From Eledone cirrhosa (taxonomy: Eukaryota): a stretch of 64,000 nucleotides of DNA. Under the pieces are notes generated by a model. That model did not search any database. It was not told the DNA's origin and saw only the letters and a program-made list of their open reading frames with translations. Position numbers and translations under genes: made by a program. Below are positions 55,980-64,000 of this stretch, piece after piece. Where the stretch lies: NCBI GenBank assembly GCA_964016885.1, contig OZ024742.1:290036001-290100000 (forward strand). The letters run 5' to 3'. The stretch's first letter is position 1. Every line of letters begins with the position of its first letter.

Positions 55980-58900
55980 TATTATTGGTGATGTTCCTAG
56001 GATGGTTTGACCGGCGGTGGATGTAGTGCAGGTTGTCGTTAGGTTTCCTGTATGGGTAGTACAGGTCATTATAGAGGTCAAGGGTAACGTCCAGAAAGTT
56101 TACTCGGGTCAGGGACGTTTGTAGGGTTATTTTAAATCCCCAGTCGCGGAAGAAGCTGATTAATTGTTTACGGACCCGATCTGTACTACTGGGGTTGTAC
56201 CCTTTAAGGGTAAGGAGCCCATCATCACGGTACAATCCACCGCCGAATGCAGGAAACATATCGGTGAGTTTGGCTATTAGGAATAATCCTATAAGATCTG
56301 TGACCTCAGCCGAATCCGTCGCGCCCATGCTGACGTCGAAGGGTGAGTCGGGAGCTCTCTGTATCCATTTGGAGTTGTCGAAGAGTAAGACTGTCTTCCT
56401 GGCGTGGAGGATGATGTTTCTTTCCTGGTCGGTGATGGGCACAAGTGCTTCGGCGAAGTCCAAGGCAGCCGTAAGTAGCGGTAAGGTGATTGAAGCATAG
56501 TAACTCTCTATGTCAAACTGGATGAATTTAGTGTCTCGTTTTTCCTCCATATTGCTGAACCATGAGATTACTTCCTGGGTGTTGACCCATAGGCTGAGTC
56601 GGGCGTGTTGCTTCACTTTTGGTATCACGCGGTCTAGGATTTTTTTGCTGATTCTCCCTATGTCGGACCTCGTTGGGTTTATAAGCCTGATAGAAGGTTT
56701 ACGGTCGAAATCGGATTTGTGTCCTTCAGTTTGAAGTAGGGTGTCCGTGGGTCTAGGGGTTCCGTGCGGTCGGTGACCCCGAGGCTGGAGGTAATTTGTT
56801 GTCCATCTCGATTTATGTCCTCGATGCATGAGTGGTTAGCCTTTTTATAGGTGGAGTTTAGGCTGCTCCTGATCAGTGTGTGGTATCTGTCGGGGTTGAC
56901 AAAGTAGAGGTTACCAGTTTTATCCGAGTGCACCATGATGTCATTGGTGTTATCATACTCTGTTAAGTTGCTACGGAGTTTTTGTAGGAATCGGTTGTGT
57001 CTGGGTTTGAATTTAATGTTCTTGACCAGTTGGAAAAGGTCATTCTCGAAGGGTCAGAGCATAGGGTTCGGAGGAGGAGATTTGTAGGTAATAAATCCGA
57101 ATCTCTCCTTGGTACCGAAGTCCTGATTGTCGCAATATCTGTCGTAGAAAAAAGTTCTCCATCTAAGTCTTTTCGCAAATAGATCGATTTTTTGCGTGAG
57201 CATCCGAAGGTAAATTTTTTTCGGTGGGACTGGGATGTTCTTGGTAGAGAAGTCGATGTTGTGTTTTCGCATCGTGCGGGTGAAAGAACTTGAGCTTAGC
57301 GGAAAAGTCTGGATACTCTCTTACAGCACTACACCAAACTTTGCACAAAACATCGTCTCCTCTAACAACAAAAAACTCAACCCCTATGGAAGAAATAACC
57401 TAAATAGCAGTAGAGAGCCGACCAGGAGGTGCAACTGTCCTGATGGATCCATTTTGCCCCTCGACAACAGATGCAGAGATCGTAATGTGATCTACCAGTG
57501 CAACGTGAGGACGGACACCTCCAACAAAGCTTATATAGGATTAACCGCATGTGACTTCAAGACCCGGCTATACCAACACAGACATACCTTCCGAAACCCG
57601 GCCCGGCGTCACGCCACTACACTTTCGGGCCACATATGGGACCTCAAGGATAACAATATTACCTATGATCTCACTTGGAGCTTACTGTCCAGAGCCAACT
57701 CTTACACGGGAGGACGCCGTCCGTGCAATTTATGCTCGGAGGAAACTTTACAAATGCTGTTTTCGACGGACCAACTCCTAAACAAGAAAGATGAACTGGT
57801 TACTGCATGTAAACACAGATTGCGTAGGACTTACCTCGCCCTCAAACCCTATAATGACCCGGGGGGGGGGGGGTAGACTAGGGCCATAACACCCCACTTG
57901 CCGATTTTGTAATGGGTAACCTCTGCTTGTAAAGGTTAGATGTAAGATCTTCTTTTATATCTTTTTATCGCTTCCTTTTCCTTCTTCCCCCATCCCTCCC
58001 TAGTTCTTCCACCCAGTTCTCTTTCTTTGTCGTCGTCTTTTTCTCGCCCACCCGAAGCAGCCCCTCGGTCCTTTGTAGCCTCAGTCCCCCACCCCCTTCC
58101 CCTATTCTATGATAGACTTGGCCGACTCCGCTTTTTATAGCAGATGTGTTAGACCCCGAATACTTGCCCTCTTATCCGACCGCTACCCCTTTTCCGTGCT
58201 TTCTATATTTCTTAGTGGTATCTTTGCTTTATTTTCTCGTATATCAGTATTTATTTATTTATATTTTGGGGTGGGAGGGTGGGGGTGGATTCTGAATTAA
58301 TTTTCCGTATCATATTTTACTTATACTTCGTACGAGCTTTTATGTAGCTTGCACTAGAACTTTTGTATTGTGGCGGCACCCTTAGAGATAGTAGTAGTAT
58401 TCTTTTTCGGGACTCTGAATTATTATTTCGTATTAGTTTACTTTTTTGCACTGGGTGGTTGCTGGCCTTGTGCCTGGGGTGGAAACCTTATTTATTATTT
58501 AGTGGTAGTTTCTTTAGTATCTTGGCCCCTCACTTGTTGACCCGTCACCGTAAGATATATTCGGTTTATTACTTATACCTCTTAAAAGGGTCCCATTATA
58601 ATTCCGTCCCACCTAGTATACCTTTCTTTAGCCTAGCTGTACCAGTGAGAGACTTAGGTCGTAGTAACCAGAAATTGTTTATTTTTCTTTACATTTAATT
58701 GCTTTTTAACACTCTCGGTATTTTTCTATATACTTACCCCATATTGTTCTACTTATCGTTTCGACTTCCTCCCCCTCCCCCTCCCTAGTATCTTCTTTGA
58801 CCTCATGCCCAGCTGTAGTCAGCACTATCAACGCATGAATGGGTCTCCTCCACCCCCTGTCCCTCTCTCTCCTACTGGCAGGTTCAGCTACCCCTTCCCT

Positions 58901-59154
58901 CCACAAATTGCCATCATTGAATTATTATGTCTCAACAACAAACTTTTTGACCAATCCTTGTGACAATCAATTTTACCATATATGGAATTACCCCTTGAGA
59001 AGCTCGGCTATTCAAATACCAGGATAAAAATGTTCATTTAGTCCAGAACTAGCCGTCGGGGTCCTACACGTTCCTATTACCCACTCTACTACCCTAAGTA
59101 TTGAGTACTTTGGTGCGTTATGGTCCACCTGGTTCCTTACCACATTTCCTCCGT

Positions 59155-59155
<1 letters not shown>
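55980..59155. mobile_element. PLE with an inverted 5' part (N-terminus + RT on minus 55980-57272; GIY-YIG on plus about 57316-57876; 3' UTR to 59155)
   Basis: Minus: KNIP, RLRWRTFF, SDKTGNLY, QFDIESYY, GLYRDD, NFLDVTL. Plus: LSYST, CNC..PL..C, VIY..YIGLT, CNLC..E, LNKKDE..CKH. Confidence 0.88.
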
Positions 59156-59181
<26 letters not shown>

Positions 59182-59185
<4 letters not shown>

Positions 59186-59640
59186 AGTGTAATTTTCTAC
59201 ACAAAACGAAGGTTATAGAGAAAATTGAGGTTGGTAATGGCACATGGAATATATAAGAGACAGAATACTTTTTTGTGAAAAAACATAATTTTATAAGGTA
59301 AGGAAATAATAAAGGGTATAAAAAATGACCGGTTTCGATGGGTCTGCAAAAGCCATCTTTTCAAATGTTGATTAATATTAAGAAAAATTAATAATACGAA
59401 GAGTTAAAATTTGAGACTTGAAAATTCAAGTATAAAATTCATTGTGGGATTTCATAGCAGTTTTCATCTAGGTAGCAACCTTAATATTAATCAACATTTG
59501 AAAAGATGGCTTTTGCAGACCCATCGAAACCGGTCATTTTTTATACCCTTTATTATTTCCTTACCTTATAAAATTATGTTTTTTCACAAAAAAGTATTCT
59601 GTCTCTTATATATTCCATGTGCCATTACCAACCTCAATTT

Positions 59641-59650
<10 letters not shown>
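59182..59650. repeat. Fold-back fragment with two inverted copies of a U3-A8 hammerhead (59322-59369 minus, 59493-59540 plus)
   Basis: 59218-59381 is the reverse complement of 59481-59644; AACAT-TTGAAAA-GATGG/CCATC-GAAA-CCGG-TC-ATTTT. Confidence 0.7.
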
Positions 59651-59706
<56 letters not shown>

Positions 59707-59847
59707 AATATATATATATATATATAATATATATATACAATATAATATATATATATATAATATATACAATATAATATATATATACAATATAATATATATA
59801 TACAATATAATATATTTATATATATATAATATATATATATATATATA

Positions 59848-60080
59848 CGATATTAATAAATGGAAACTATATTTATAAAACCATATTTATTTCATTATAC
59901 ATATTTCAGGGATACCAAATTAAATTATGGTTTGCCTTCATCAGACAAAATACAATATATAACAGTTTTACAAATAAGCTTTGACGTACCCTTTTAAAAT
60001 GCAACCATACTTGTCGAGTGCTTTATATCAGTTATAAAAATATTTACTTGTTGTATCCCAACAATTTTAAATAGAACTTT

Positions 60081-60083
<3 letters not shown>
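59848..60083. mobile_element. Pseudo-LTR stub of the 11599/46276 PLE family with an HHR (59888-59952, minus) and an inverted end
   Basis: Matches about 11685-11850 directly and 11599-11670 in reverse complement. Confidence 0.8.
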
Positions 60084-60156
<73 letters not shown>

Positions 60157-60175
60157 AATATATATATTATATATA

Positions 60176-60221
<46 letters not shown>

Positions 60222-60240
60222 AATATATATATTATATATA

Positions 60241-60287
<47 letters not shown>

Positions 60288-60291
<4 letters not shown>

Positions 60292-61215
60292 AGGATAAAA
60301 AGGACGATTGATTATTCCTTCATTGCATTTATTGATACGTGACGCGCGTTTCGCCACTGATCAGCTCAAGGTTCGATCTATATCGATCCTACCCGACTCA
60401 ATAATCGGCAGCTCGACGGACCCTCTTAAAATGCTATACATGCTATGTAGTAAAGTCAGAGTTTCAAGAGTTTGACAAAATGAGTTGTTTTGATTGGTGA
60501 GAAGGATCAAGGCGATGTACTGGCCTGTAGTGTATATGGGGGTGGGTGTGATGGTGAGATGTTGGTGACGGTCTGTGGATGAGGTGGGCTGTGGTGTGGT
60601 GGTGGTGGGTTGGCCTTGGCGTGTAGAGTATGTGGGGGTGGATGTGATGATATGGTGGTGGTTAAGGTTATTTAGTGGGATGGGCTGTGGTATGAGGTTA
60701 GTGGATTGTCAGTAGACGGGTTGGCGTGGGGTGGGGGTGTGGTAGTGGTGCCTTTGTCTATGGTAGCGGCGTTTGTGGTGGTGTGGTGGATGTATTGGTG
60801 GCGTCAGGTCCTTACATAGATACATAGTTAGACGCTCTTCGTCTGACAGATACCTTGTATATACGTATACGTACACACACATATGTATATATGTGCACAT
60901 ATATTATTGTATAAACACACACAACATAAAACACATACGCACATCCTTGCCCACACATATCGGCATATGCTCACACACAGCCATATGTATATGTACACAC
61001 ATGTATGTGCATGCGCGCATGCGGACACGAATATGGAGAGTGGGGGAGTATCGGTGGGGGTGGCGAACGACAGAGATGGGGGGAAGATGAGAGGCGATGT
61101 AGAAGGTGTTTTTCATATATACATACACATACATACACATGGGTATGGGCACATGGACTCACACTCATGTATGCAAGATATACACATACACACTCGCACA
61201 CACGTATACTCACAC

Positions 61216-61252
<37 letters not shown>

Positions 61253-64000
61253 CACATGTACCGACAACACACACATACACGCACATATACACATACATGC
61301 ACATATATGAGCTCACCTACACATACAGTCAGATTTACCCATATACATATATGTAGACGTACACATACACACACATACATACACATACATATATTCACAC
61401 ACATACACATATGCATACACATACATATATATATATTCAGATATATACATACACACACATAGACATATGTATACACATGTGTTCACATACACACACACAC
61501 ACACACACACACATAAATTTGCGTACACGCACGCACACTTAAAACGCCCGTATGAGTAAAATACTTACACACAGACACACACACTATTGTTGGTTGGGGA
61601 GTGGAGGTATGTGTTGTCGGTGTTGATGAAGTATGGAGTTGTGTTTTATGGTGGAGGTGGTGGAGTTGTGAGGGACAAAAATATATATACCGGATCGAAT
61701 ACCGGTTAAAAGGTGACATAGGGAACGCGGGGGAAAAGCGTTTATGGACGTACGGCGATGTGTGTTGTGGACATGGTGATGGTGGTGGTGCTGGGGTGAT
61801 ATGTTCGGCAAGATGATTACATGATCAGAGGTTACGGTGTGTTATATGGTAGGCAGACGGGGGGTGGGGGATATATAATACAGTCGATTTGGGAGCGAGG
61901 GATGATATGTGTTGATGATGTAATGATAATGATTGTTGAAGTATGTGGATGTATTTAGTGGTGGCGGTGGTTGTGTGTGCGTGCGACAGTACAGTTACAG
62001 GGTCGAATTTAGCGTGGGGTTGTAGGTTAGGGTAGATAGAGGGAACATGGGGGGATGAGGTTGTAGGCGTGTATGGTATGCACATGACGATGTGTGGTGT
62101 GGTGGTGATGGCGATGGTGTGATATGATCGACATTGTATTTACAAGGTCCCTTGTCATTGTGGATTGCAAGGTAGAACGTATCATATGGTACCGATTTAA
62201 TACGATGTTGCAACTATGAGGTGTGTATGTTGATGTGAATTTTGGTGGTGGTGATGGTGATGTGTGCGGCATGATATACAAATGGGGGCTTAGAGATGGT
62301 AACATGGAGTACAATACAATAAGTTCATTGAGGTGGGCGCTGTTGAGACGGGGTATAGGTGGTTATTAATATGGTGTGTCATGGTTAGTGTGATTTTTGG
62401 TGTGGGTTATGTATGCGGCATGATATACAAAATACGGGCTTACATATGGTTAAATTCAATGCAATGAAATAAGATAAAGTGAAGTTAGATTAGAATTAAA
62501 GTTCGTTGAGATGGGCGATGGTGATACGGGGGAGGTGTGGTTATTATTATGGTGGGTCATGGTTAGTGCGTGGTCTTCCCGCGAAAGTTTGTGCAGAAAA
62601 GGTGTGCATCCTAGTGTGTCTGCAATTGACAATTATGTCTGACCTATAGTTTATGGCGGAATCAAGTTTAATTATTTCCGCCGCCTCAGCTAGGCACAAT
62701 CTGCAGTGGTTTCTGTCACTGGGGATGTATGCCACACGTCTTTTTACTGACCACGAGATCCGGGGTTCAATATTCCTGTCCTTGAGGTCCTAGATCAGAT
62801 CGGCCAGTTTTGTTTGGGGTCGTTTCGAGCTATGTTTGAAGGAGCTTCTGTGGTTATACCAGCGCTCCTTAAACGTAGTGGATGTCGCACCTATATATGA
62901 GTACTCCTTATTGCCGGCAGTGATATCGCACCGGTAAACAATATTCTTAACGAAGCACTCCCCGTTTAGTGGGCATTCGTCTCGTTTTTTGCAGTTGCAT
63001 TTGGGAGTAACTGGTGCGGTGCAACGTTGGCGGTTGGTGTCGTGCGGTGTTGGTGTGGTGTGTGTGTTGTTGTGTTGTGTTGTGTGTGTGGTTTCGTTCT
63101 GGGTTGTGGTGGTGGTTTGTTGGGGGGAAACCATGTGTTTTTGTATTTTGCCCTATTATTGTGTGCTATTGTGTGGCCTAGGTTTGGTGCTGTGGAGAAA
63201 GAGAATTTTACGGTGTGTTTATTGAAGAGCTTGTGGTATTTGTGTGTGTGTGGAAAAGATTGTTCGAGGGCCCTGAAAAAGGTTCCCGGTATGTTAGTGG
63301 CGACGTGTATAGAATAGGGAGGGGGGGTTATACCACGTGACAGGTCTACTTCGGTTTATGCGTTGTTTAGTGAGTTTGTGTGTGTTTTGGTCAGGCGTAT
63401 GTTTCAAATAGGTTCCAGGTAATCTATTGGCGTTATGTCCCTTGTCTCTATTGGTACGCAAATGTGTGCGATAGTCGGAGTTGTTATTGGGGCCGGAGAG
63501 TATGGCTTTATCTCCTAGACAGTTATGTGTGGTGCTGTCTGCGCTGCCGGCTAGGGGGCGTCTAAGGTTATTATGTGTCCTATGTGTGGAGGTTTCTTCC
63601 AAGTTCGTTTCTAAGGGTCTTGCTATGTTTAGCTGTGTTGCGGTTCTATTAGGGTTGATGTAAGAAATCTTCTCAGTATAACCAGCGTTTATAAGTGCGG
63701 AGTCATAGTATTCCGCGTGCTGCTTGAAGATGTTTTCGTTGGCCGACAGTGTGGACACTCTTTTGGAGACACTTTTAACTATAGAGTTAATTATGCTCTT
63801 AGAGTGGTTGGAGTGTCTATTGACGTTTCTAAGATTTTCATTAGGTTTGTAGTATGGACGGTAGAGGCCTGAGTCTAATTCTAGGGTGACGTCTAAGAAG
63901 TTAACTGTCCTGTTGTTGGGTTCAATTTCTACTGCTAAACCTTGGGTCTTAAAGATGTACCTAAGTCGTTTGTGTATTCTATTCAGTTGGCTGTTATTGA
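60288..64000 (-). mobile_element. PLE (RT thumb, linker, GIY-YIG, about 2.2-kb 3' UTR) running off the right edge
   Basis: NFLDVTL, TWYNPP, CNCKKRDECPLNGEC, IVY..YIGAT..FKERWYNH, CRLC..E, INYR..CRH; stops and frameshifts present. Confidence 0.87.

Overview
AT-rich eukaryotic repeat region with no recognisable host gene. A cephalopod/octopus origin is my inference from SINE-like repeats, not a database result. The window is a mosaic of elements inserted into (TA)n microsatellites: at least six partial or decayed Penelope-like retroelements (PLEs; RT plus C-terminal GIY-YIG, Hydra-clade-like), a Neptune-like PLE fragment, a CR1/L2-group LINE, RTE LINE fragments, tRNA-derived SINEs, a non-autonomous LTR element and a solo LTR. 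The main signal is RNA-level. By hand-folding I found about 35 type-I hammerhead ribozyme (HHR) motifs from about 16 different sequence families, on both strands. One sits in every unit of a 468-bp tandem array (1-4090) and of a related 420-bp array. Others lie in PLE pseudo-LTRs and in several non-coding 540-690-bp '1.5-mer' elements that look like retrozymes. Three families carry a compensatory U3-A8 core (UUGANAA) instead of C3-G8. One insertion junction falls within 3 nt of a predicted self-cleavage site. All structures were derived by eye; ribozyme activity, expression and family names are untested. Most ORFs in the supplied track are simple-repeat artefacts.
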